A DNA stretch of 64,000 nt from Curvularia clavata (Eukaryota), in assembly GCA_023920165.1 (NCBI GenBank), contig CP089278.1, positions 1,116,001-1,180,000 on the forward strand, written 5' to 3'. The position numbers and the translations under genes were made by a program. Each line of letters begins with the position of its first letter. The stretch's first letter is position 1. Below the pieces are notes generated by a model. That model did no database searches, had not been told where the DNA came from, and was given only the letters and a program-made list of their open reading frames with translations. Shown piece after piece: positions 22,861 to 35,535 of the stretch.

Positions 22861-24408
22861 CTACACCTCAAACATCTTCGTCGTACTAACATTAATCCTG
22901 CTCCACGCCTTACCCCTCACCAACGCTTCTAAAAACCTCGCTGGCCAATAAACATGATACAACGCAAAAAAGGGTACTGGGTCCTCGAACGTATAGGTAC
23001 CATCCTTCCAGATCACCAAATGCCTAAAAAAAGTCAAGAAATCCTCTGTGGCCTGCTGAAACGAGATGGCACCAAACAAGGCATCGAGAAAAGGTAAGAT
23101 GAATAAGGAGACGAGGTCGTGCCCAACCCAGTAGTAGCTATGTGTCGGTGTGCGGGGAAAAACAGGAGATGCAGCGTTCTTGGAGGAGAGGGGGTTGGGA
23201 CTGTTGAAGATGGAAAGATAGGCTTCTGCCATTTTGGGCGTCTGTTCGAAGAGTACGACGGCCGTGTGGGCGCGAGGATTGCATTCGATGGGGTAGAATT
23301 TTGCGTCGGTGCCTTTTTCCTCGTCTTCAACGAGAAAGTCGAAACTAAGGTGTCCGGTGAAGCTTTCTCCTCCGTCTTCGCAGACGCGTTCGGTGAATTC
23401 GAGCATCTTTTGACTGAGAGGCGAGGAAGGTGGAAGCGGTTCGTAGTGCATGAGGAGCTCGAGACTGGGGCAGCTGGTGAAGGTCTTGACTTTTCCGCGG
23501 ATGACGAGCGCATGCGTGCAGTACTCGTTTCCTTTGATGAATTGCTGGAGTTGAAAGGGGTTGTCTTTGCTGATGTTGAGCGAGCGGATGTATTCGGCGG
23601 TTGCTTTTGGCGTCTGGAATGGAAGCAACGTCATCATGTTGTTTCTGGCTTTGTCGTCCACACCGATTGGCTTCATGATGAACTTTCGCCTGCTGTCTTG
23701 TCTGCCTTTTGTAGGCGTTCTGTGTAGCTCTCTCATAAGTACATCAAGTGCCTCGGATGCATCGGTGCAACGATGGGATTCCGGGACAGGGAGGCCGAGT
23801 GACTCAATGTATTCGATGAACTTGTCTTTTTCGTGGAACTTTTCAACAACGTCTTCACGGAATTGAACAGCCTGAAATGAGCGTCCCCGCTCCTTTGCTT
23901 GTTGCTCTGCTATGCGGACGACCTGCCCATCCTCCACTGCGGCAACCACACTGGAGCAGGATATCCACAAGTCAACCTTTTCCTTTTGAATAATAGAGAG
24001 AATAGAGTCGATGTATGGCTCTGCATCGTCGCCACTAGGTGTTTCCAGACGGTAGTACTTGGAGATTGCGCTGGAGAAACGGCCTGGAGATAGAGCGGAT
24101 ATGTCGGCACCAATGATTCGATGTGGTGTATGCTGGGCGAGATTTCGCGCAATAGTAAGGCCCTTTGTCATGGACACGCCGGTAACGAGGATCGTCTTGC
24201 GGCGGCGTGTTGCTGCAACATGTCTCTTGTCCTCTTTGGTGAAGGTTGCATTGCGCTCTCCATGGAGCTTCGTCACAGCAAGCCCAAGCAGCACCAGAGC
24301 TGCCGAAACAGGAGCCAGCAACACGCTTAAGACCAGTAGGAGCACGTTCTTCGACACATGACCATAGTAAAACGGCACAGCTGCATCGCCTTTGTTGCCT
24401 TTGGCCAT
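22861..24408 (-). CDS. mysC: ATP-grasp ligase of mycosporine biosynthesis (MysC-like)
   Basis: N-terminal hydrophobic helix, then TILVTGVSMTKGLTIAR...GRFSSAISKYY, FIMKPIG, QQFIKGNEYCTH, TGHLSFDF, YPIECNPRAHTA and DPVPFFALYHVYWP. These resemble cyanobacterial MysC, and the gene is adjacent to the O-MT and DDGS genes. Confidence 0.88.
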   Translation of the reverse strand: MAKGNKGDAAVPFYYGHVSKNVLLLVLSVLLAPVSAALVLLGLAVTKLHGERNATFTKEDKRHVAATRRRKTILVTGVSMTKGLTIARNLAQHTPHRIIGADISALSPGRFSSAISKYYRLETPSGDDAEPYIDSILSIIQKEKVDLWISCSSVVAAVEDGQVVRIAEQQAKERGRSFQAVQFREDVVEKFHEKDKFIEYIESLGLPVPESHRCTDASEALDVLMRELHRTPTKGRQDSRRKFIMKPIGVDDKARNNMMTLLPFQTPKATAEYIRSLNISKDNPFQLQQFIKGNEYCTHALVIRGKVKTFTSCPSLELLMHYEPLPPSSPLSQKMLEFTERVCEDGGESFTGHLSFDFLVEDEEKGTDAKFYPIECNPRAHTAVVLFEQTPKMAEAYLSIFNSPNPLSSKNAASPVFPRTPTHSYYWVGHDLVSLFILPFLDALFGAISFQQATEDFLTFFRHLVIWKDGTYTFEDPVPFFALYHVYWPARFLEALVRGKAWSRINVSTTKMFEV

Positions 24409-25141
24409 GTTTACCTCGAGGACTCGGTGCTGGGTGTCGGGAGCTCGTGACCTCGGTACGCGTTCTGACAGCGCTTCACCGTTCAGACGGTCCCAACAAC
24501 ACCCTGACGGACTTACTTTAATCCCAAACGCACCGGCCAGTGGGATCTGTCCACGCGAAGGCTGCAAGCTGCAAGTAATGAATGCTAGCGGCCCAAACGG
24601 CTCGGTGTTATATTTTCCGCGCTGTACATTGGAGAGGTGGTCGAGATGCGTGGGGCAGACAGGCGCTCAACGAAAGGCAGATGGATGCGGCTAGTCTAGA
24701 CGTCATTGTTATTTCACCCATGTGCGACATTTGCACGCAGCGCTAGAGAATTGTGGTTCCAATCTAAGATTCAGGCAAAGTAGATCCTGATCTGAGATGG
24801 GCATGGGTATATCGGCGCGATCATCGGGTGGGGGATTCAAGGGTTTGTTTGACATGTGGGCCTGGTGTTTGTTTTTGTGAGACTGACATGCTTCTGCATA
24901 ATCACCGCATTGCATTCCGTGGTGGCGCTTTCAGGGCTCTCATGGCTGGAACAGCAGCATGAAGGATTGCATCTTTTGATCACATTGACTTGTGCAGCTT
25001 GTGCCATATTGGATATCCCGAGTCCAACTGCCTGCCAGAACCCGGACTCTACATTCATCCTAGAGCTGTCCCTCGACCCACCAGCAACGAAACTAGCCAG
25101 TGATTCAACTGTGCCGCCCGTATTCTGACAAGTCACGCACT

Positions 25142-26087
25142 TTATCCGACGCATCGCGTGATTTCGATACCATCCTGTGCTGTTGGTAACCAGTCATGGA
25201 GTTGTTCGAGGGTTCCAACTTACAGGTACGCCTGTGGGCTCGAAGCTGTTGATCAGCTTGCTCTCGTATCGTAGATGCGGATTTCCCTTGCTCTGGCTGA
25301 ACTTAGCCTTGCCATATCGCTTCTCGTACATCTTGACATTGGTTTCGGCGATGCCATTGAGGTTTGTCTGGCCGCTTTCTCCAGCCTCCTTGATCTTCTC
25401 TTCGACGCTCGACCTGACATATTTCAAGTACGGCGGGTTTCCAGGCTTGATTACATTGTCTGCTGCGAGTACTGAACTCTTGGTGATTAGGCCGAGTTCT
25501 TCGCAGAGCTTCAAATCGGTTGTATAAGCTGGCTTGTAATGATCTAAGAACATGAGATCAACATGCTTGAGCTGTCCAGATGCCACCAGACGTGCAATGC
25601 CCTCGTCACTGGAGCCCACGACAACCTTTACGAGATCGCTCAGACCGGCGAGGTCGACGAGTGACATGATTACCGCAGCGAATGCTGGGTCGCGCTCAAA
25701 GCTGAAGTATCGCTCGCCGCCAGCTTTGCGCACTGCGTCGGCGAAGAGGATGCATGAGTAGCCCACGTATCCACCAAGTTCAATCTACGTTTCTTATTAG
25801 GAACTGATATTTGTCCCTAGAGACTTGCATACCATGGTTTTTGGCTTGACTTCTGCAATCAAATCGGTTACAATACGGCCCTTGTCCTCTCCCACGTTCA
25901 TGAGATACTTCTTCGTCCGTCCGTATTCGTCAATGGCAGCCAGAACATTCTCTGGTGAACCTCTTATCTTTTCAATGTTGGGGTGTGAGTAAACAAAGTG
26001 CAATAGCTCAATCTCCCGTCCATCGTCAAAGAAAGCACCCTCTTCCTCTTGTGCTGCGTACGCTTTGCTTTGATCGAAACCACTCAT
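25142..26087 (-). CDS. mysB: Catechol-O-methyltransferase-family SAM-dependent O-methyltransferase, MysB role by context; exons 26087-25833, 25784-25224, 25174-25142
   Basis: KYLMNVGEDKG...IELGGYVGYS...DLMFLDHYKPAYTTDLKLCE...VLAADNV...EPTGVP|DGIEITRCVG*. The gene lies between the ATP-grasp and DDGS genes. Confidence 0.88.
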
Positions 26088-27537
26088 GATTGCGGCTGTT
26101 CAATAGCGAAATAGAAATTGTGTTTAATGGCTACGAGCCTGACGCGTCCAGCGTACTCTATGCCCCTCGACGCGTCGACTAGTGCGGGGCTGCTGCTAAT
26201 CATGACGAAATGCATGCAGGAACATGTAAGTCAGTGGAGAGGGCCTGTACTTCACTCCACGCTTCTAGCACGCAAGTCACAGAAACCCCTGTCGTGGAAG
26301 AGTCCAGGTGTCATCGCTTATGTTACGACATTAGCAACAGCTTGCCGCCGCGAGCACCTGCAGCGTTGCTTTTCTTACTGAAACCCCGTATTGCGCGCGG
26401 GATGCCAATGTAGCTGAGACGCTAGGTGATGCCAGTTTTGTGGTTCGAGGCCGTGTGTGCATCGAGAAAGGCCCTTGGCGTTGGTTACGGCACGCTCTAT
26501 GCGGTACCATGTGGATACTCGATGCGGTTGTGGGCCGCTTGACTGGTGCATATCTGGTTCCGTGTGGTATTGACGTTGAGGTTCGTACATACACCCACTG
26601 CCGTGGACGATCTAGAGCTTGATAGCATGTACTAACCCTGTTATAGTTGGAAGTCGACAGCCATGACACTGTGTACTTGACCATCCTAAGTAATATAGCT
26701 CAGTGATCTTGGGATCCGCAAAACTTTATCTACCCGAGAGCGGGAGCTAGGATCGAAACCTCTGTATGGTCGTCACTATTTTATTTTTCTTTGTTCATCT
26801 CCCAAGCCATCTTAGGGTGAGGGGAAGGGAGGCAAAAGTTTGTGTTCTTGTGGTACCGGTGGTGTACCATCTACCTTGTGTGCATGTAGCAATTGCCTGG
26901 GACTCGCTGGAGATTCTGTCCGCTTTCGTGATCACCCTCACTACATCTCTAGCGTGTCATCCACCGTTCAATGCATGAAGTAAAGTGGGCATGAGGTGAT
27001 TTCCTGTGCTTGCCCCGCAGCTATGGTATCCCTTTCTCCACAGGCGGGTGAGACTCCGTTTTTTGGTACCAAATAGGTTAATGGCTTGTACTACGCCAAT
27101 TCTATCCGGGGCCTATAGTAATTACTGGGGTTATGCGTGTCTCCAAGCACACAGAATCCCATGCGAGCGTGGACAAATTGCATGTTCCTTGTGCCGGAGC
27201 CGGTTTTTACCGTTGCGTGCGTTCTCGTCCCCAGAGTCATATCATCATTGCTGGCCAGTAAGAGTCTAGTTTGGGTCCTAGTAATCCCACATCAGGCCTA
27301 AACAACACGAGGTCCACGAGTGACAACATCATGGACAAAAGTCGTGCGTATGCTTGACGTTCTCCAATCGCTCTCAAGGTTTGCGAGCCAATGGAAGAGG
27401 AGCGTGTATCCAATGCCATGCCAGTGGTCGTCAGTGACACTGATCCAGTGAAACCTATATAGGACCATGTGTCGCAGTGCTTTCATCCGGCAGAACTCAA
27501 CTTTTCTCATTCACACTTTTTCCAATCTTTTTCCACC

Positions 27538-29093
27538 ATGTCAGATCTTAAGGCTTCTGTTGTCGAGACCCAGAACGGCTTCCATGTCGAGGGGTACGAG
27601 AAGATTGAATACGACTTCACTTTTCTCGATGGCGTCTTCAACCCTGCCAACAACAACCTGGCCAAGTGCTATGAGCGCTGGGGTCGCTGCCTTGCTGTCA
27701 TGGACTTGAACATCTTCAACATCTATGGTGAAGATATGCAAAAGTACTTTGACCACTACAATCTTCCCTTGACAATCCACAAAACCATGATTGGCGAGAA
27801 GGCCAAGTCCATGGAGACTCTTCTCAGCATCGTCGATTCGATGACTGACTTTGGTATCATTCGCAAGGAGCCTGTTCTTGTAGTCGTAAGTCATTCCGGT
27901 GTTTCGATTGCTGCTGTCTGATACTAATGTGACACAGGGTGGTGGACTAGTGACTGATGTTGCTGGGTAAAAAACAGCTCTTAAGGCACTCTGGCCTGCA
28001 TGCGTTGAATGAACAGGGCTAATTCGTGACCCTAGATTTGCTTGTGCCGCTTACCGAAGGAATACCAACTTCATCCGTATTCCCACTACTGTCATTGGCC
28101 TGATTGATGCTAGTGTCAGTATTAAGGTTGCTGTCAACTACGGCAATTACAAGAATCGACTCGGAGCATACCACGCTCCAATGCACACCTTCTTGGACTT
28201 TTCGTTCCTGAAGACCCTGCCTGAAGGCCAGGTGCGAAATGGCTTTGCAGAGTTGATCAAGATCTCAACATGTGCTCACAAGCCAACGTTTGACTTGCTG
28301 GACAAGTACTGCGAGAAGCTGATTACTTCCCGCTTTGGCCGTGAGGGAGACGACAAGGAGGTCCTCCAAGCAGCGGATGAAATAAACCGCGCTGGTATCC
28401 ACGAGATGTTGAAGCTTGAGACACCCAACCTTCACGAGATTGGCCTCGACCGTGTCATTGCCTACGGCCATACCTGGAGCCCGCTCCACGAGGTGAGTTT
28501 GCTGAGATCCATTGAAGCAAATGTTGCTAACCCTTTCATAGCTCTCTCCCAAGGTGCCACTTCGCCATGGTCATGCCATTTCTATTGACATGGCATACTC
28601 TGCCACCTTGGCAAATGAGCGTGGTCTCCTGAGTGACGAGGAGCACAAGAGGCTGTTGAACCTCTTCTCCAGGGCTGGTCTGTCCATGGACCACGAGCTC
28701 TTTGATGAAGACATGCTCGACAAGGCCACCAAGGCCATTCTGAAGACCCGTGACGGCTTGCTTCGTGCTGCCGTTCCCAACCCCATCGGCACCTGTGTCT
28801 TCCTCAACGACGTCTCTGCTGAGGAGATGAACAAGGCCCTGCGCCGACACAAGGAGCTGATGAAGGAGTACCCACGCCAGGGTGCTGGTATCGACGCATA
28901 CGTCGATGCATCTGACACTGGATACACCGTGAACAACAAGCCTGTCGAGGATGCCATGCACGAATCAAAGAAGGTGATGAACGGTATGAGCAATGGTGCA
29001 GTTAACGGCACCGCCAACGGCCACGCCAATGGCCTTCCCAAGGGCCTCCAGGAAGTCATGGTGAATGGATACGAGAACGGTTACAAGAACTAA
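27538..29093 (+). CDS. mysA: Sedoheptulose-7-phosphate cyclase of the 2-demethyl-4-deoxygadusol synthase (DDGS) type; exons 27538-27885, 27938-27966, 28036-28492, 28542-29093
   Basis: DHQS-like motifs GGGLVTDVAGFACAAYRR and RIPTTVIGLIDASVSIKVAVN...KNRLGAYHAP. DDGS-type signature MLKLETPNLHEIGLDRVIAYGHTWSP, then LRHGHAISIDM and KTRDG. Confidence 0.93.
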
Positions 29094-30331
29094 GCAATGA
29101 CATTGCCGCGAATAAGTCCGACTAGGCAAGCGCATGTCTGGTGGTAGGAGAAGAACCGCAGGGTTCTACTGAGCGGTGATGCTGTCATTATCCTTGATGG
29201 GTTGCGATCTGCTCCTTCCTTATTAGCCACCTTAAGATATAAATGCAAAAAAATGTTTGACTTTTGATATTTGTATCTGAGAGTGTGCAGGTTGTGTTGT
29301 GAGTCAAGTCTCTGAATGAAACAGGGTGCTTCCGGCCAACGGGGCTATCTCTATCATTTTTATTGTGCTCAGAGCTTTCATGCTCGAAATTCAGCCTCGG
29401 CATTGAATATTCTGCTTGCAGTTGGGAGGTCTGAAGCCCGGTTTTGGTCGCATTGATAGGTCAGCTTCCGAGGGCGTTGTTGTTGCTACCAAATATCTAT
29501 ACATGGTGAATTCTATCGATATACAGGCCGTGAACCAAGAATCCGAACGCAACCAGGAAACAAACAATTACCATACCGTAATCCAGCCACTTGTTCATGA
29601 ATTCTCTGTCCCAGCCTCATCCTCTGCCGTCCGTGCACCGTTGCCCACCCAAAAAAAAACTTGCCCGCCGTCCCGTGCGCAAAGTCTTGGCACGGCACAG
29701 CTTAAAACCCGTCCGGCCCTCGTCCTCCTTTCTGGCTCTTTGATCAAAAAAATACAAACGATCCCAGCCACGACTATCAGAACATCTTTGTCTTTTAGTT
29801 GCCAGCCACTACGGTGGCGTGGGATCGAAGAGCGAACCTCCTGTAGGAAGCTGGCATCTCGTTGGGTCGTCTTCAGTGATGGCGATGGGATGTCGGTGTC
29901 GATTTATTGGGAGAACATACTTTTTCGTCCTGTGATGCATTTGTGCAGTGGCTTTATAATGGTGTGTGCAAAGCCTGAGTGTCACATGATATTACTTGCG
30001 GCCGTGGAGTAGATTACACGGCCGCGTGGGTGTTATCTGGTGCTCGGCCGTTGTATGTGAATGAGTAGCCCTGCAGAGCCTCATGTCATAATGCTCAGGC
30101 CGAGACAGTTCGTGGGGGGCCTTTCCCGTATGGTACATCGATCACAAACTCATCCACATACATGACGTTGCCACATGAAGACAAAATGTGTCATAATGTA
30201 TCATTGTCATTAGTTCATGGCACATTTTCTATGCCTTGATTTCATGAACGTGGTAGTCATTCCCGGCGCCTTTTCCATACTGGCTACCGGCTTTGTACCG
30301 TAAAGTGTTCTAGCCCCGTATCCTACACCCA

Positions 30332-30997
30332 CTATGGGATTGCTACCTTCACATCATCCTCATACTCTACATCCTTAATGCCATCCTTCGTTATGGCCTT
30401 GACAATGACGCCCTTGAAATCGATCGGTAGACGACGCTTGAGCTCCTCGGTGCACATCCGCATGATCTTCAGGCCTTGCTCGTAGTCGATGTCGGGGTGG
30501 TGGTGCTTGTCGAGCAGGGAGAGACAGTAGTATCTGAAATGTCCATGTTAGCGTCATTCACTGCTTGTGGGAGAGTGCACAACGTACTGAGCATAGCCAT
30601 GTGCCGCATAGGGAAGTGATGCTTGACTCGCCAGGTAGTCGATCCAGTATAATGTAGGCTTGTTCGCAATTGTGTCGTAGCCACCGAGAAGCAGATTGAC
30701 TGTGTAGGGTTTCCGTGACCTCAGTGCTGATGCTAGCTCTCCCCGGACAAAGTTGGCGGTTGCTGCTGGTGACAGCTCCATGTTGTTACGCATCGAGTAT
30801 AGCTGCACATTTGCTTGGATGAACTCGGCAAATTGGACAGTGTCTCCCGCTTCACCGGAAAAGGCCATCAGCGTGTGTGCATTCAGCGCCCGGGTCTTGT
30901 CGTCGGATGCTTTGAGGATGGTGGCGCCTCGCATGGCGGCTTTGGAGGCGGCGATGAGGGTAAAGTCCTTGCCCGTGATGCCTAGCAGAACTTCCAT
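30332..30997 (-). CDS. PRE1: 20S proteasome subunit beta-4; intron 30587-30534
   Basis: Reads MEVLLGITGKDFTLIAAS...GEAGDTVQFAEFIQAN...AHGYAQ|YYCLSLLDKHHHP...ELKRRLPIDFKG. Confidence 0.95.
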
Positions 30998-31149
30998 GGC
31001 TGCTGATTCTGTTGTCTATTGGGGATGATGCTTATAGTTCGGGGAAGACTGTCCTTGGGTAGCCTGGAGGGGTTCAGAGGGGCCTGGATGCTGAAGGGGG
31101 GTCCAACGCGAATAGAGGTACCTATGATTGACGCGCAGGCTACACCGCG

Positions 31150-31176
31150 GGAGCTTGGGCCACGTAATGTCTTGGC
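31150..31176 (+). promoter_or_regulatory. Bipartite proteasome-promoter element GGAGCTT-N13-TCTTGGC (PRE1 copy)
   Basis: GGAGCTTGGGCCACGTAATGTCTTGGC lies about 150 bp upstream of the PRE1 ATG. Related copies occur at 35289 and 36454. Confidence 0.6.
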
Positions 31177-32244
31177 ATATTGCGAGCTACACTGAAGAGC
31201 CGCGCTTTTGATTCACAAGAGAGACGCTTCGTAGTTCAAAAGCACTTGTAACGTGTACATGTGTCTACGCCCAAGTCAATTGGTACCCCGTGCCGTTGAT
31301 TCTGCGGTCATGCCGTGCGGGGCCAGCCTTCTCCTGCCCATGTAGCAAGCCACACCGCGAGGCTTGGTATTGGTATCGGTCGTTGCGATGCTGGAGGGAG
31401 TATCCATGTTGGAGGGTATTGACCAATCTCTAGTTTTAGCCGCAAAGCTTCTGGCTATCGTCTTTTGGGCTTTTCAAAAGCAATCCTAGTATGTCGGCTC
31501 CGCTTCGTCTCCGTAGGAGATGAGACCGCAAGCAGCCGGAATGCATGTCCGCCCTGCCGTCGACATGACTTGCCATGGCTCACGGTACAAACTGAATGGT
31601 CCGTTCATCACGACACAAGAAATGCTCAAGTCTACTCCTGAGCACGATGGCGCTCTCGTGCATGGCAACTGATGGATGTCACGACATCAGCCGATGCAGC
31701 AGCTGTGTCAGCACACGCCTCGTCTTCCGCGTCAAGAACTCTCTCTCTTCTCTGCATAAAAGACCAAGAAGCGGACAAAAGAAGCCTAAGCCAGACGATC
31801 TCCCGTGCATGGATGGCACAAGGGTCTCTGGTGGCCGTGGGGAGGCTCAATGGGTTTCAGTCCGGTGGATTCCATGGCATTCTGTGGGATGCTTGCGCGG
31901 CTCTCCCCCCTCGATGGATTCTGCGATGATAATGTTGCTGCATGCTCTTACGAGAAAGGCCGTGGCTGCCAATGAGGCGGCAGCGTCATAGCGGGGCTGA
32001 ATCTGTTCAACGACCCCTCCAAACCTTGCTGGGCTTATAAGCTCTGGAACACCCCACCCAAACAAAACAACACCGACCTGAGCTTTTACATAGTACAACT
32101 AGTAAGTCAAAATTTCTGCTCCACCTCCTGTCCGCGGCCGGACCCTGTGACCCGCGCATCCGCCCTCTCTACTACTTTATCTCCTGCTCCATCCCCTACA
32201 CTTCCCATCTCATCAATTGACTCCTCAACAGGTTTGCAGTCACC

Positions 32245-33711
<1,467 letters not shown>

Positions 33712-34309
33712 ATGACCCATGGGTAGAATACGGCTGGAATGAATCGTCTGTTGCTTTATGAAGGAAAAAGAAATCGCTATGAATAATAGAGTGTGACATT
33801 GGGGAGTGTCAGATATACGAAATGAAATGATATACCATCCCGCGCAATGCATGTCCCATCCAAATCTCATGAAATACGGTAAATTCGTGTCTATTCAGAG
33901 ATATTTAATCAGCCTGCCATATTCTATAGTATGCTAACCAGTAGGAATGCCAAGGAGGTCTGCTTGCTGCAGATACAAGACATAGCTCAGTATTGGCATT
34001 AGCAAATTCAGGACTGCTTTACGCAAGCATGTGTAAAACATGGCAGGATTCAAACGACCTGTTGCTGGCAACAAGTGCCTTGAATAGCTCGGAACCATGA
34101 CACAACCTGAGAGAACCATACAAATCATCACAAAAGATGTAGTCAAATAGTCCATTGAACCTGCCCTGTCATTGATAGAAAGCCTAGGTTCTAAATCATT
34201 GTCTAAGTAGCAAATTTCATGCTATTCATACATGTTACTCTGTACTTCTTGAAGTCATCATGTTCGTGAATCGCTCCCCGCCTCACACCCCACATCACAC
34301 AGCCAGCCC

Positions 34310-35153
34310 TTAATCCCTCTTGAGCGGTGTAAAAGACTCAGCTATGCCATCCTTTGTAATTATCATCATCTGCAGCCCATCACCAACCTCAATGTGTCTC
34401 TCAACCGCACTTGTAAACGCATCTCGGACCAGATCCTCAACATGATCCCTCGGCAGTGGCTCTGCTTGTTTCGACTTGAGCTCGTGGCCTACTCCACTTC
34501 CCGGCTCATACATGTTTTTGAAGTTGACTTGGTTGTCCAAAAAGGGCATGATGAGGGATGCGGCCGCTCCCGCTGCCCTACATTGCTCGCGCTCGTAGCT
34601 GCCGACGGGGTCGTACGAGTACAGCGCGCCCTTGCCGTCTTCATCAAGACCGCCCAGGATGGCATGGACGTAGTAAGGGAAGAACCGCTTGTTGTAGAGG
34701 ATGTGGCTGAGGCGCTGGGCGCATGCAGACACAGTCATAGGCTTGCCGTGCTGGTACTTGTACATCTTGACGATGGTGTCGAGGCGCTCCTTGAGGGCGT
34801 GGGCGTCTGCTGCGAAGCCGACAACTGAGAGTACTATCCTAGCGCCCTTGTTGTCTGAGCCCTCGCCGCCGATCTTGAATAGCTTCGGTGCGTATCGTGT
34901 GTTGATGTTGTAGCCAGATGTCGAACGTGTGTCGCCGGCCAAGATGGCGAAGTCCGCTCCAGAGATGCCTAGCGTCGATCCGCCGTTGTCAGTGTATCTG
35001 CGGACTGTTAGTGAGGTACATTGGCGATTTTGAGGGGTATATGTACGGGTAGAAACCATGTTGCCGCTCGCCGGATGGGATCGTTGTGGGGGTTTGCTTG
35101 AATGAGTAGCCTGGACCGCCTTGTGGAGGTGCACCGGTGTAGAGTGCAGACAT
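34310..35153 (-). CDS. PRE7: 20S proteasome subunit beta-6; one intron at about 35046-34998
   Basis: Reads MSALYTGAPP...QHGFYP|YTDNGGSTLGISG...KRFFPYYVH...YSYDPVGSY...ERHIEVGDGL...LKRD*. Confidence 0.95.
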
Positions 35154-35258
35154 TCTGATTTTGGAAGGTCTGAGCCTGCTGGAGTTACGGGATGGTTTTG
35201 CAGGAGAGTTTTAAGGGCGTCGTGGGTCAGTCGGTCGGAGGTTCTGTTCGTTAGTGAC

Positions 35259-35315
35259 GGAGCTGTAGTACGCGGAGCTCGAATGCCTGGAGCTTCCACG
35301 CGCTAATGTCTTGGC
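35259..35315 (+). promoter_or_regulatory. Three GGAGCT boxes at 15-bp spacing, the last forming the bipartite element with TCTTGGC (PRE7 promoter)
   Basis: GGAGCT starts at 35259, 35274 and 35289. GGAGCTTCCACGCGCTAATGTCTTGGC spans 35289-35315. Confidence 0.62.
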
Positions 35316-35535
35316 GCTAGGTAATGGCCATAGTGAGGGCATACATCTTGATCTGAGTTTAATTGAGAATGTAGGTTTTGCTGGGGAAAACAATATCAAT
35401 ATTTTGCAAGGTATATCCTGACAGAATATTACATTTTCATTCAGTTATAGCAGTCTCTATGGACACACGTCCGACTCCACAGCTTCGGACCAGTCTCACT
35501 GCTCATGTACATGGCTCAGGGTGATGCTCTGGTCC

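Noticed and set aside
26403..26462. tRNA-like A-box/B-box (TAGCTGAG...GGTTCGA)
   Set aside because: It is too short, has no acceptor-stem complementarity, and the T-stem pairs poorly.
26163..26824. Three STRE (CCCCT/AGGGG) sites in the O-MT/DDGS divergent promoter, suggesting control by the MsnA encoded in this window
   Set aside because: About three are expected by chance in 1.45 kb on both strands, so there is no enrichment.
27538..29093. Interpretation as a shikimate-pathway 3-dehydroquinate synthase
   Set aside because: Fungal DHQS is part of the pentafunctional AROM protein. This stand-alone gene has DDGS-type motifs and O-MT/ATP-grasp neighbours.
29416..30012. 198-aa ORF between DDGS and PRE1 as a fourth cluster gene
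   Set aside because: It has a non-ATG start, no recognisable motif or coding-like codon bias, and contains homopolymer runs.
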